Assembly: GCA_965199495.1 (NCBI GenBank)
Contig: CBDASK010000003.1
Coordinates: 1,856,001-1,920,000 of the forward strand
Origin: Abditibacterium sp.
GTDB lineage: Bacteria > Armatimonadota > Abditibacteriia > Abditibacteriales > Abditibacteriaceae
Direction of reading: 5' to 3'
Length of the DNA stretch: 64,000 nt
Shown piece by piece: positions 11,023 to 20,882 of the stretch. Under the pieces are notes generated by a model. That model saw only the letters and a list, made by a program, of their open reading frames with translations, did no database searches and had not been told where the DNA came from. The position numbers and the translations under genes are program-made. The first letter of the stretch is position 1, and each line of letters opens with the position of its first letter.

Positions 11023-11958
11023 ATGTCTCAAAACAAATTGATTGTCATTATTAATCCCAAATCCGGTGATGGCGACGACCATTTCCGCGAAGAGGTCGAA
11101 AAAGCGTTGAAACAAAGCGGCGCCAATTATGAAATTCGCGAAACCAAACCCGATTTGCCGGGCGAACAACTGGCCAATAAAGCCATTGCCGAGGGCGCGC
11201 GCGACATCGTGGCGTGCGGCGGCGACGGCACAATTATGTCGGTTGTCAACGGCATCGCCAAAGCGCAGACCGAATCGGGGCAGAACGATTGCACGCTTTC
11301 AATTGTGCCCGGCGGCACGGCTAATCTGGTGGCGACGGCGCTTGGAATTCCGATTGACATCGAAGAATCTATCGCGTGCGCGGCGGGCCAAACCTGCGAC
11401 GAGCGCCTGATCGATCTGGGGCGCTGCGAGCAATTTTATTTCGTGCTGGGCGCGGGCGTCGGTCTGACCGAGCGTTTAGTTTCCAAAACCAGTTCGCGCG
11501 AGAAAGAGACGCTGGGCAAATTGGCCTACGTCAAATCCATGATAGAAGATTTAGGGGCGCGACCAAGCCGCATCAAGTTTAAATTGGACGAGCGCAGTTC
11601 CAAACGTTCGCGCGGCGTGGCTGTTGTTGTCGCCAACGCCGGAACTATCGGCGGCAAACTCGAATTCGCGCCGCAAGCGAAAATGGACGACGGCTTGTTG
11701 GATTTGTGCATCCTACATTCGTTCGGCTTTCGCGATTTGGTGCGCATGATCTGGAATTCGCTCACAGGCCGATTGGAGCACGACCGCAACGTTTCGTTTT
11801 ATCAGGCCAAACGCATCGAAATCGCGACCGATCCGCCGCAACGCGTTCAAATTGATGGCGAACCCGAAGAAGATTTGAAATTGCCCCTCGTCTGCGAAGT
11901 CGTTCCGCGCGCTCTGCGCGTGCGCGTGCCCGTTGATGCCGACGAAGATAAGAAATAA
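11023..11958 (+). CDS. Diacylglycerol/lipid kinase family protein (YegS-like)
   Basis: IINPKSG, GGDGT, PGGTAN, DDGLLD and QIDGE motifs. Confidence 0.92.
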   Translation: MSQNKLIVIINPKSGDGDDHFREEVEKALKQSGANYEIRETKPDLPGEQLANKAIAEGARDIVACGGDGTIMSVVNGIAKAQTESGQNDCTLSIVPGGTANLVATALGIPIDIEESIACAAGQTCDERLIDLGRCEQFYFVLGAGVGLTERLVSKTSSREKETLGKLAYVKSMIEDLGARPSRIKFKLDERSSKRSRGVAVVVANAGTIGGKLEFAPQAKMDDGLLDLCILHSFGFRDLVRMIWNSLTGRLEHDRNVSFYQAKRIEIATDPPQRVQIDGEPEEDLKLPLVCEVVPRALRVRVPVDADEDKK

Positions 11959-12011
11959 CAGGGCAACTCGCGCGTCGAAAAAAGGTCACAGAAAAGCGTA
12001 GATTTATTTCG

Positions 12012-12920
12012 ATGAAACCTTTCGCCCTACGCGCTCTTTTCGCCGCAACAATTTTAAGTGTCGCCGCGAGCGGATGCCAATCCAAAAACGTTGCGCCCGA
12101 TGTCGCCGCCGCCGCAACGCAGCCACGTCCGACGCCCAAACCCAAACCGCGCGTCATGCCCGCCAATCTCAAAGGCGAAATGATGCCCGGCGTGTGGGTT
12201 TTGTGCTACCATCGCATTGACGAAAAGCCCAAGCAATACACGGTTTTGCCGCCCGCCGACTTTAAGGCGCAGATGGAATATCTGAAAAAGCACAACTTTA
12301 ACGTTGTGCCGCTCGATACCATCGTGGACGCCGTGCAATATGGCACCAAACTGCCGCCACATACTGTCGCCCTCACTTTCGACGATGGTTACAAAGATAA
12401 TTACACGGTCGCTTATCCGATTCTTAAGCAATATAAATTTCCGGCGACTTTATTTATTTATCCGTATTACGTCAGCAACGGCGGCGCGGCGATAAAATGG
12501 GAGATGCTCAAAACAATGGTCGCCGACCCGTTGATTAAAATTCAATCGCATACTTTCACGCATCCCAATTTAAATAAAACGACGCGTCAGGGTAGCGCGG
12601 CGATTAAACATGAAATTGTGGATTCCAAGAATACGTTGGAACAAAAATTGGGAATTAAAATTGATACGTTAGCCTATCCCTACGGTGTTTTTAATCCGAA
12701 AATTTTGGCGGCGACCAAAGCGGCGGGCTACCGTAGCGCGTTCAGCATCGGCACGATTCCGATCGATTACGCGGGCGCCGCGCCGACCGATATGTGGACG
12801 ATTCCGCGCATCATGGTCAATCGCGGCGACTCGCTGGCGGTCTGGGCCAAGCGATTGGAAACGCCTGCGCCGCGCCACAAGAAAAAGAAAGTCTCGCCGA
12901 TGAAAAAATCACGAGTTTAA
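12012..12920 (+). CDS. Polysaccharide deacetylase (CE4) lipoprotein
   Basis: Lipobox-like ASGC; LCYH, LTFDDG, SHTFTHP and AYPYG motifs. Confidence 0.9.
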   Translation: MKPFALRALFAATILSVAASGCQSKNVAPDVAAAATQPRPTPKPKPRVMPANLKGEMMPGVWVLCYHRIDEKPKQYTVLPPADFKAQMEYLKKHNFNVVPLDTIVDAVQYGTKLPPHTVALTFDDGYKDNYTVAYPILKQYKFPATLFIYPYYVSNGGAAIKWEMLKTMVADPLIKIQSHTFTHPNLNKTTRQGSAAIKHEIVDSKNTLEQKLGIKIDTLAYPYGVFNPKILAATKAAGYRSAFSIGTIPIDYAGAAPTDMWTIPRIMVNRGDSLAVWAKRLETPAPRHKKKKVSPMKKSRV

Positions 12921-12975
12921 AGTGGGAACAAAAACGCGCCGCGCCTTGTCGAACCCTTCGTAACGGAGGTTTGCT

Positions 12976-13734
12976 ATGGAAAAATCATTCTGGCGCGGCG
13001 TTTTAATCGCCGCCATCGCGGGCGTGGCTGTCGTCGTCAGCGCGGGCATTCTGGGGCGTTCGTTTGTGCGTGGGCGCACTTCGGACGATATTATTCGCGT
13101 CGTTGGCAGCGCACGGCGACCGATTAAAAGCGATTTCATCATCTGGCGCGGCAAAATCGGGCGCACGGCGCCGCAGATGGGCGCGGCCTATACCCAACTC
13201 GAAGGCGATATGGGCAAAGTCACGCAATATCTCAAGTCGAAGGGCATCGAAGGCAAAGAGATTTTCCCGCAGTCCATTTCGACGCAAACTTTGTATCAGC
13301 GCACGCTCGACGCCAACGGCAATCCGGTTGACGATTCTTCGACGCTGCGTCCGGTCGCGGGTTACCGGTTGGAGCAGGAAATCGAAGTGCGTTCGACCAA
13401 GCTCGATTTGCTGGACGATTTGTCGCGCAAATCGAGCGAACTGTTGTCGCGCGGCGTGCCATTTGAATCGGAGGCGCCGCTTTATCTTTATACCAAGCTC
13501 TCGGATTTGAAAGTCGAAATGCAGGCCGAAGCCGCCAAAGATGCGCGCGGTCGGGCGCAGGGCATCGCGCAGGCGGCGGGCGCCAATCTGGGCGAAGTGC
13601 GCTGGGCGCGCATGTCGGCGCCGAGTCTGACGCCGCTCTATTCCGGCAACGACAACGACGGCGGCGTGGACGATACCAGCAGTCTGGAAAAGAAAATCAC
13701 CGCGATTGTCACGGTCGGTTACGGCGTGAAATAA
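12976..13734 (+). CDS. SIMPL/DUF541-like protein
   Basis: N-terminal TM helix, IRVVGSA, EAAKDARGRAQGIA; SD ggagg upstream. Confidence 0.8.
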   Translation: MEKSFWRGVLIAAIAGVAVVVSAGILGRSFVRGRTSDDIIRVVGSARRPIKSDFIIWRGKIGRTAPQMGAAYTQLEGDMGKVTQYLKSKGIEGKEIFPQSISTQTLYQRTLDANGNPVDDSSTLRPVAGYRLEQEIEVRSTKLDLLDDLSRKSSELLSRGVPFESEAPLYLYTKLSDLKVEMQAEAAKDARGRAQGIAQAAGANLGEVRWARMSAPSLTPLYSGNDNDGGVDDTSSLEKKITAIVTVGYGVK

Positions 13735-13739
13735 AAGTG

Positions 13740-13776
13740 AAAGCGGGCGATTCCCGAAAGAATCGCCCGCTTTTTT
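13740..13776 (+). terminator. Intrinsic terminator
   Basis: aaagcgggcgattc-ccgaaa-gaatcgcccgctttttt. Confidence 0.85.
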
Positions 13777-13788
13777 GTTTCTCACAAC

Positions 13789-13878
13789 ACAGCGGGGCTT
13801 GCGCCCTCTTCCAATCAAGCGCTCTCTTCTCAAGCGCTCTCTTCGCACCCGATTGGAAGAGGGCGCAAGCCCCGCTGT
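13789..13878. repeat. Palindromic repeat family GATTGGAAGAGGGCGCAAGCCCCGC, copy 1
   Basis: Inverted 28-bp arms; spacer holds a short direct repeat aagcgctctcttc x2. Confidence 0.88.
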
Positions 13879-13903
13879 TGTTGCCTCTTCACGGCAAATG
13901 GCT

Positions 13904-14653
13904 TTAAGTAGCCACCGCCAAACGCCGGTTGATTTCGTCCCAATTCGCGACGTTCCACCACACTTTGAGATAGTCGCCGCGCCGGTTGTTATATTTCAAA
14001 TAGTAGGCGTGTTCCCACACGTCATTGCCCATCAGCGGGAACAAGCCGCCGTATTCTTTCATCATCGGGTTGTCCTGATTGGGCGTGGACATGATGGAAA
14101 GTTTGCCTTTGCCGTCGCGCACCAGCCACACGAAACCACTGCCGAACCGGTTTTCTCCGGCGGTTTGAAATTGAGTTTGGAAATTCGCAAACGAACCAAA
14201 ATCGCGTTTAATCGCGGCGGCAATTGGGCCGCCGGGCGCGCCGCCGCCTTTGGGCGACATGATTTGCCAGAACATCGCGTGATTGACAACGCCGCCGCCG
14301 TTATTGCGAATTGCATTGCGCGCGCCCGATGGCAAGGCGTCGAGATTAGCAATTAATTCCTGCGGCGTCTGCTTCATCAAATCGGGGTAACCCGCGACGG
14401 CGGCGTTGAGTTTTTTGATGTAACCCGCGTAATGTTTGTCGTGATGCAAACGCATCGTCAAAGTATCAATCGTATCGTTGAGCGCATCGTAAGCGTAAGG
14501 CAACGGCGCGACGTTGTAGGGAGCCACGGCGCGGCCTTGCTTGCCGAAAACCTGCGCGTGGGCGGGCAAACGCGTCAAAGCGATGGCGGGCACAGCGACG
14601 GCAGCGCCGATGAGCAATTGGCGACGCGAAATTTGAAGTTCCTGGGGTGTCAT
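13904..14653 (-). CDS. sodA: Mn/Fe superoxide dismutase with Tat signal peptide
   Basis: LPYAYDAL, HHDKH, FGSGFVWL, DVWEHAYY; N-terminal SRRQLL...AHA. Confidence 0.92.
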   Translation of the reverse strand: MTPQELQISRRQLLIGAAVAVPAIALTRLPAHAQVFGKQGRAVAPYNVAPLPYAYDALNDTIDTLTMRLHHDKHYAGYIKKLNAAVAGYPDLMKQTPQELIANLDALPSGARNAIRNNGGGVVNHAMFWQIMSPKGGGAPGGPIAAAIKRDFGSFANFQTQFQTAGENRFGSGFVWLVRDGKGKLSIMSTPNQDNPMMKEYGGLFPLMGNDVWEHAYYLKYNNRRGDYLKVWWNVANWDEINRRLAVAT

Positions 14654-14662
14654 AGAACCATT

Positions 14663-15961
14663 TCATGTCGCGATTTGCTTGCCAGCATTTTGAATTTTTG
14701 TGTGTTTGCTCCAACGATATAACAAAATGCAGTTCGCAATCCATAACGCCAGCGCGCCCAGCCAGCCGATGCCCCACAATCGTAGCGGCGACGGCGTGAA
14801 CGCGAGCAGCGTCAGGCAAACTAAAATCAACGCGCTCCACGCGTAAAATGTGGGCTTTCGATTGAGTTTTCGGGCGGCGAAGGCGCAACATAAAAGCGGC
14901 CAGAACGCGGGAAACGCGTAAATTGCGTAGCGCGTTTTGGCGCCCGGCAAAATGACGTAGAGCGCCGCGCACATCAAAGCCAACAGCATCGCTTGGCCCC
15001 ACAACGGTGCGAGCTGGCCGCGTCGCCAGAATCGCCAACCGATAAACAGCGAAACCAAAACGACCAATCCGCGCGCGCCGTTAATCAGCGTCATCACCGC
15101 CCTGCGCGGCCAATCGAGATGCGGCAATTGCGGATGCTCTTTTTGGATGGTTTGCCCGCTCGTCAGGTAACGCAACGCGACGGTATCCAAACCCTGATTG
15201 GCGGGCGAATCGGCGCGTTGCGCCTCGGCCACGCGCCCGCCGCTCGACGCGATGGCATTGTGCCAGAACGACGCGCTGAGTGCGGGCGTGCGCGCGCCGT
15301 AAACCAAAAACGGCGAAACGCTCCACAGCGCGACGAAAACTAAAGTGCCGACGAAAAATTTCGGGCGCCGCGCTAAAAGCGGCACGGCCAACAACAGCGC
15401 CGGATAAATCTTAATCGCAATCGGAATCGCTAAAGGCGCGCCCGCCAAATCGCGAAAGCGTGTGGCTAAAAGTGCCAGCGAAAAAATCCAGCACGCCACG
15501 AATAAAACGCTGAACTGCCCGACTTGAATCGAAGCGGGCGCCATCGCCAATAATAATAAAATGTTAGTGGGCCAAATCGCGCCGAAAACGCGGCTTTTGC
15601 CATCCAAGCGCAGCGTAAATTCGCGCAATGCCGCCGCCGTGGCTGCTAAAAGCGCCAGATTGAAAACGCCCCAGCCAATCGCCGCCGCTTCGACGCTGCC
15701 TTGCTCAAACGGTCGAATTACCGCTTGACCGAATGGCGGAATCGTGCGCAGCCATTCGGTGGATTCGTCTTTGCCGCGATACAATTCGGCGCCCGCTCCG
15801 GCGTCTAACAATTTGCCCGTGTTATAAAAAACCGTGAAATCCGTGCCCTTGGGCGCGCGATGCACGAGGGAAACGCATTGCGCAATGTTGAAGAGTATCA
15901 GCAACGCCAGCAAAAACAGCGTGAGCGGATTCCATCGGTGGGGCAAATTTCTCTTGAACAT
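14663..15961 (-). CDS. Polytopic GT-C glycosyltransferase (GT87/DUF2029-like)
   Basis: DFTVFY, PPF, GQFS, IKIYP and NQGL motifs with many TM segments; start MFKRNL. Confidence 0.78.
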   Translation of the reverse strand: MFKRNLPHRWNPLTLFLLALLILFNIAQCVSLVHRAPKGTDFTVFYNTGKLLDAGAGAELYRGKDESTEWLRTIPPFGQAVIRPFEQGSVEAAAIGWGVFNLALLAATAAALREFTLRLDGKSRVFGAIWPTNILLLLAMAPASIQVGQFSVLFVACWIFSLALLATRFRDLAGAPLAIPIAIKIYPALLLAVPLLARRPKFFVGTLVFVALWSVSPFLVYGARTPALSASFWHNAIASSGGRVAEAQRADSPANQGLDTVALRYLTSGQTIQKEHPQLPHLDWPRRAVMTLINGARGLVVLVSLFIGWRFWRRGQLAPLWGQAMLLALMCAALYVILPGAKTRYAIYAFPAFWPLLCCAFAARKLNRKPTFYAWSALILVCLTLLAFTPSPLRLWGIGWLGALALWIANCILLYRWSKHTKIQNAGKQIAT

Positions 15962-15970
15962 AAACAAAAA

Positions 15971-16035
15971 GCGGGGCTTGCGCCCTCTTCCAATCGGTTG
16001 TGAGACAGGCGATTGGAAGAGGGCGCAAGCCCCGC
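15971..16035. repeat. Palindromic repeat family, copy 2
   Basis: gcggggcttgcgccctcttccaatcg ... cgattggaagagggcgcaagccccgc. Confidence 0.88.
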
Positions 16036-16053
16036 CCTGAGAAGTCAAAAACT

Positions 16054-17109
16054 TTAGTCGAAGCGAACTTCGCGGCCCTGCTTGGCCGATTCATACAGAC
16101 CGTTCAAAATCGTCTGCACGTCGAGCGAGTTCTCCGCCGGAACCGGCGAGGGTTTGCCGTTGGCAATCGCGTCGGCGAACGCGACGCATTCGGCGGCGTG
16201 CGCTTCCATGCCCTGCCCGACTTTGCCCAACGAAATGTTCATCGTGCGTTGGGTTTCGTTGTCCGATTGTAGCAGCAAGTTGGCGGGCCATTCGATGCCG
16301 CCGCCCGTGCCATAAAGCCACATACGCATATCTTCGCTTTCGGTGTTGTGATTGAGCAACCACGAAACTTCGAGAATCAAGCTGGCGCCGTTGTCGAAGC
16401 GCACCATCGCCGCCGCGAACTCTTCGACATCCATATCTTGCGGCACCGGATTGAGTCCCCAGCCCGAATAGGCGCCGGGCAATTTGGCGAGTTTGTCCTG
16501 CGTGATGCCCGACACAGCCACCGGCTTGGGATGGTTCATCATCCACAGCGTCAAATCGAGGATATGCACGCCGATGTCAATGCACGGGCCGCCGCCCGAA
16601 TTTTTCTTGTAGATAAAACCGGGGCCGGTCGGCAGCCAGTTGCGGCGCAGCATCCACGAACGGGCGTGATAAATATCGCCCAAAACGCCGGTATCGAGCT
16701 GACGCTTGAGCGCCTGCGTATCTTTCTGAAAACGGAAATGTTGCGCCGTCATCAGCAATTTGCCGGACTCGTCGCGCGCGGCGATCATCTCGTTAATCGC
16801 TTCGGGCGTGGGCGCCAGCGGTTTTTCCGAAATGACGTGCTTGCCCGCCTTGAGCGCGGCAATCGCGAGGGGCGCGTGATAAGCCGAGGGCGTGCAAATG
16901 TCAATGATGTCGATATCGGGATCGGCGATCAATTCTGCCGGGTCGGTGTAAGTCTTGGTGACTTCCTGGGCTTTGGCAACGCGCTCCAAAACGGGCGCGA
17001 CCGGATCGGCTAAAGCGACCAATTCGGCGTCAGGGGAGGCTTTCCAGCCGGGAAAATGCGTTCCGGCGATGCCGCCGACGCCAATAACTCCAACTTTGAG
17101 GGGATTCAT
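16054..17109 (-). CDS. Gfo/Idh/MocA oxidoreductase
   Basis: GVIGVGGIA, GKHVISEKP, GGGPCIDIGVH; start 17109 or 17139. Confidence 0.92.
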   Translation of the reverse strand: MNPLKVGVIGVGGIAGTHFPGWKASPDAELVALADPVAPVLERVAKAQEVTKTYTDPAELIADPDIDIIDICTPSAYHAPLAIAALKAGKHVISEKPLAPTPEAINEMIAARDESGKLLMTAQHFRFQKDTQALKRQLDTGVLGDIYHARSWMLRRNWLPTGPGFIYKKNSGGGPCIDIGVHILDLTLWMMNHPKPVAVSGITQDKLAKLPGAYSGWGLNPVPQDMDVEEFAAAMVRFDNGASLILEVSWLLNHNTESEDMRMWLYGTGGGIEWPANLLLQSDNETQRTMNISLGKVGQGMEAHAAECVAFADAIANGKPSPVPAENSLDVQTILNGLYESAKQGREVRFD

Positions 17110-17168
17110 GAAAAGCCCAGTTTGACCGAAATTGGTCACGCGCGTAAAGGTTATTTTGGGTTTTTCCC

Positions 17169-17197
17169 TTGACGATTGTTGTGGGTAGCGATAAAAT
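17169..17197 (+). promoter_or_regulatory. Sigma70 promoter of tRNA-Val
   Basis: TTGACG-17-TAAAAT. Confidence 0.75.
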
Positions 17198-17220
17198 TAA
17201 ACGTTGTCACAACGTTGTCC

Positions 17221-17292
17221 GGGCGATTAGCTCAGTGGTAGAGCGCTTCGTTCACACCGAAGAGGTCGCTGGTTCGATACCAGCATCGCCCA
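17221..17292 (+). tRNA. tRNA-Val(CAC), CCA not encoded
   Basis: Acceptor GGGCGAT/ATCGCCC, anticodon arm CTTCG-TTCACAC-CGAAG, T arm GCTGG-TTCGATA-CCAGC. Confidence 0.97.
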
Positions 17293-17300
17293 ATAATTAT

Positions 17301-17338
17301 AAAGCCGCGCCTCTCTTTTTGAGAAGCGCGGCTTTTTT
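17301..17338 (+). terminator. Intrinsic terminator after the tRNA
   Basis: aaagccgcgc...gcgcggctttttt. Confidence 0.8.
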
Positions 17339-17371
17339 ATGTTACCCGTCTCATCTCAATTGTTGGCGTCC

Positions 17372-17620
17372 GCCCGTGGGGGCTTGCCGCGCAAGCAAGC
17401 CCAACATAACGCCCACCACGGATGTTGGGTTCGCCCGTAGCGTCCGCCCGTAGGGGCTTGCCGCGCAAGCCCAACATAACTACGAATGTTGGGTTCGCCG
17501 TGACGTAATAACCAATATAACATTGGGCTTTCTTGCGCGGCAAGCCCCTACGGGTGTGCGGGCAAATTATTAGGGTTGCGGAGGGCGATACATTGGACTT
17601 GCGCGGCAAGCCCTACGGGT
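17372..17620. repeat. REP cluster GTAGGGGCTTGCCGCGCAAGCCC upstream of the transposase
   Basis: Four copies (two forward, two reverse) with a GTAG/GTGG foot and internal palindrome. Confidence 0.9.
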
Positions 17621-17675
17621 GTGACGGGTGTCGTTCTAATTGTCAATTTCTCGTCGAATTGGGCACACTGAGGCG

Positions 17676-18191
17676 ATGTTTGCTCCCAGATTTCACGGAC
17701 GCCGCTCGGTTCGCAGACTGAATTATGATTACGCCGGATGTGGATGCTATTTTGTGACGGTGTGCGCGGCTCGCCGTGGCTCACGTTTGGGCCACATCGA
17801 AAATGAAACGTTTCATTCCAACGCTCATGGCCGCATATTGATACGGCATTGGTTGGAAACGCCTGGCTTGCGCGGCGATGTAACTCTGGATGAATGGGTT
17901 TTGATGCCCGATCATTTTCACGCGTTGATTTGGCTCAATGGCGAAGCTGTGACCTCAACTCCAACTTTTGGACACCGTGTGCCGGGTTCTCTCGGCGCAA
18001 TCATCGGCGGCTGGAAATCGGCTTGCACCAAGGAATTCAATTGGCACCGACAAACTCACGGCTGGCCAGTCTGCAAATTGTGGCAACGCAATTATTACGA
18101 TCATATCGTGCGCGACGAACGCGAACTCAATCTGATTCGACAATACATTCAAACCAATCCCGCCCGATGGAAAACCGACGAACACTGGTAA
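17676..18191 (+). mobile_element. REP-associated tyrosine transposase (RAYT, Y1 HUH family)
   Basis: RRSVRRLNYDY, YFVTVC, VLMPDHFHALI (HUH), LWQRNYYDHIVRD, YIQTNP; flanked by REPs. Confidence 0.92.
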
Positions 18192-18223
18192 CGTCTGCCG
18201 CAACGTTACCATTCGCCCTCCAA

Positions 18224-18488
18224 CGTAACGCCCGACGCACCCATAATAATTCGCCCACAACCGCCAACCGTAACGCCCGACGCACCCAACATAATTCGCC
18301 CACAACCGCCAACCGTAGGGGCTTGCCGCGCAAGCCCAATGTATCACCCGCCGCAACCCTAATAATTTGCCCGTCACGCCCGTAGGGGCTTGCCGCGCAA
18401 GCCCAACATAACGCCCACCACGAACGTTGCGTCCGCCGTAACGTGACGCCCGATATAACATTGGGCTTGCGCGGCAAGCCCCTACGGG
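18224..18488. repeat. 45-bp tandem duplication plus REP cluster downstream of the transposase
   Basis: Units 18224-18268 and 18269-18313, then three REP copies near 18315, 18382 and 18463. Confidence 0.88.
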
Positions 18489-18522
18489 TTCACAGCGGGG
18501 TTGGCGTTCACTTTCCAGCGTT

Positions 18523-19605
18523 TCATCGTCGTCGCTTCGGTTTCACGCGCGTTTGCGCCAACAACGGCGCGCTTAACGCTTCGTAGCGGCTTAACAAATG
18601 TTCGACGCGTTCGACATCGTTTTGGAAGGGCGCGGCCCAATAACTTTGAGAATGTTGCGCTCGCTGGTATAGTGCGCGCCCTGCTGACGGCGCTCGCGGG
18701 CGTCCATGACCGACTGAAACAAGGCGCCAAAAATCGCGGGCGAAATCGCCGCCCAATCGAAGGCGCACGCTTCGAGCAAACGCGCTCTCATCTGTCCGTT
18801 GAACGCGGGCACGCGCAACCGCTCGGTGAACAAATCGCCGTTGACGTAGGGAAACGCCCGCAAATCAGCATCGAGATTGGTCTGGCGCGCATTTTCCGGC
18901 TCGTTCAAAACATCGAACAACTGCGAAAGCCACAGCCCGACATCGCTGCCGTTTTCGTTGGTGCGCTCGGAAATCAACGTCTCGAACAGGCCGCGCGTCT
19001 CGAAGATGCCGGTATCGTCGGCGAACAGGCAAAACAGCAAGCGCACCAGCAACCGTTCGAGTTCGTGGCCGCCATAACCCGCGCCTTCGAGCGCGTCGTG
19101 CAGTTCGCCCATGAGTTCCGACGCGGCGAGGTTGACTGGGTCTTGGTCGCGGAACTGGCGTTTTTCGACGCCGATCATAAACCCGAACGCCTCGACGTGG
19201 CTGCTCAGGTCGGCGAGTTTAAATTTGGTTTCGGTGCCCAATTCCAAATCGGTCAATTCAAAGGTTTGAAAGTCGCAAACCAAAACGTAGCGCGGCAATT
19301 CGTAGGGTTTGAGGCCGGGAAAATAATCCAATGCCTGTTCGCGCGCGGGCTTCAAATCGCGCCCGGCGCTTTTCTGCTCGACCAACAAAGTGCCTTTCCA
19401 AAACAGGTCAATAAATCCCTGTTTGTTGCCCAGTTTTTTGACGGGTTCTTCAAAGGTAGCGACCTGGCGCCGCTTGACACCGAAAATTTGGAAGAAATCG
19501 TTATAAAACGTCTGGGTTTCGCCGCGTTCCGTAGCGCGCGTCGCGGTAATCGTGCGCGAACTGGGCGGCGTTGGCGCGGATTTGCGGCCAGGAAAGTCGG
19601 TTCAT
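18523..19605 (-). pseudogene. MmeI-like (Type IIL) restriction-modification gene, frameshifted and internally deleted
   Basis: MNRLSWPQIR start, extra base at 19529/19530, then ETQTFYNDFF...FIDLFWKGTLLVEQKS...GAHYTSERNILKVIGP joined out of frame to the C-terminal PFQNDVERVEHLLSRY. Confidence 0.88.
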
Positions 19606-19617
19606 TGCGCGAGCAGT

Positions 19618-20721
19618 TTAATGCGCGCCCGGCGTCTGCGACGGCACGGCGCGCGCGATTTGCCAACCCAATTCGTTGAGCGCCTTCAAACTGCCACGGC
19701 TGTTGCTGTTGATTAAAATCGCCCAACTCAAGCCCGATTGGAGTCGCACCAACAGCGCGTTGCTGCCCGCAATGCCGCCGCTATGCCAAATCGTGCCCTT
19801 GTCGTTGACGCTCCAACCGCACGCGATATTGGGATTTAAAGCGCCCGGCGCCGTCATAATTTTCACGGTTTCGGGTTTCAATAATTCGGGAAAACGCGTG
19901 GCGAAACGCACCAAATCGGTCGGCGTCGCCAGCCAACCGGCGCACGCTTCTAATCTCGCCATGTTGCGCGCATACGGATCATCGCCGGTTTGGTCGAAGT
20001 AGCGCACTTCGCCCGGCGATTGCTCGCGCGTCGCCAAACGCATTTGCGTAATTTTGCAGGGCGCCAAGACGTTTTCGCGTGTCCAATCGGCGTAACTCTG
20101 CGCGGTCAATTTGCCAATAATCCAGCCCAGCAAACAGTAGCCGACATTGGAATAAACGTATTTTTCGCCCGGCGCGTATTGCAACGGGCGCCGCCGCAAA
20201 ACCCATTCGAGCCACTCGCGTTGCGCCATTTCGGGATGGCGCAAAGTCGGGCCGCGCCCGTCGTTGGGCCAGCCGCCGCTTTCGTGCTGGAGCAGATGAC
20301 GCACGGTAATCGCGTTCAAATTGTCGGGCAAATCGGCGCCGAATTCGCCGTCGAGCAGACCGCCATCACCGAAAACTTTATCTTCTAATTTCAAAAACCC
20401 ACGTTCAATCAGAATAAAAATCGCGACCGCCGTAATCGGCTTGGTCACGCTGGCAATGCGAAACAAATTGTCCGCCGTGGCTACCTCGCCGCCCGGCTCG
20501 ATTTCGCCCCACGCGCGGCGAAATACCAATTCGTCCGGGCGCGCGAACGCCAGCGAAAGCGCGGGCACTTGGTGCGCTTTCATCCAATCGCCGACCAATT
20601 CGTCAACTGTCACGCTCGATTGTTGCGGTTCGGCCCCTGCAGCCACGGCGCCGCGCCCGGCCAGAGCGCCTGCGAGTGGAATCGCTGCGAGAGCGTTAAG
20701 AAGTTTGCGCCGTGTCGTCAT
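19618..20721 (-). CDS. Serine hydrolase, beta-lactamase class C-like family, Tat signal
   Basis: FRIASVTK (SxxK), YSN, HSGG motifs; N-terminal TRRKLL. Confidence 0.88.
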   Translation of the reverse strand: MTTRRKLLNALAAIPLAGALAGRGAVAAGAEPQQSSVTVDELVGDWMKAHQVPALSLAFARPDELVFRRAWGEIEPGGEVATADNLFRIASVTKPITAVAIFILIERGFLKLEDKVFGDGGLLDGEFGADLPDNLNAITVRHLLQHESGGWPNDGRGPTLRHPEMAQREWLEWVLRRRPLQYAPGEKYVYSNVGYCLLGWIIGKLTAQSYADWTRENVLAPCKITQMRLATREQSPGEVRYFDQTGDDPYARNMARLEACAGWLATPTDLVRFATRFPELLKPETVKIMTAPGALNPNIACGWSVNDKGTIWHSGGIAGSNALLVRLQSGLSWAILINSNSRGSLKALNELGWQIARAVPSQTPGAH

Positions 20722-20726
20722 CCTTA

Positions 20727-20882
20727 GTGCCTATCCCAATAGGAAGCGAAATCTTGAAGAGGCGGGGCTGACGCACCCTTCCAATCTGGTGCAAGTTCGA
20801 ACAAAGCCCGCCGATTGGAAGGGTGCGTCAGCCCCGCCCCGTCACTTAATCGTATTCTGGTTTTGCCTATTGGCATAGGCTC
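20727..20882. mobile_element. Putative 156-bp MITE enclosing a palindromic repeat variant
   Basis: Terminal inverted repeats GTGCCTATCCCAATAGG / CCTATTGGCATAGGCTC flanked by TTA on both sides; internal inverted pair 20761-20838. Confidence 0.65.

Noticed and set aside
17372..18488. Possible CRISPR array
   Set aside because: Repeats are in both orientations, irregularly spaced, with repeated spacers, flank a RAYT, and no cas genes are present
18621..18640. Deletion junction resembling the TTGGAAG-GGGCGC repeat
   Set aside because: Short match that is explained by the codons for APFQ; probably chance
18501..19679. 392-aa plus-strand ORF
   Set aside because: Antisense shadow of the MmeI-like pseudogene; the same applies to 13003-13848, 22765-23790, 29382-30428 and 30903-31874
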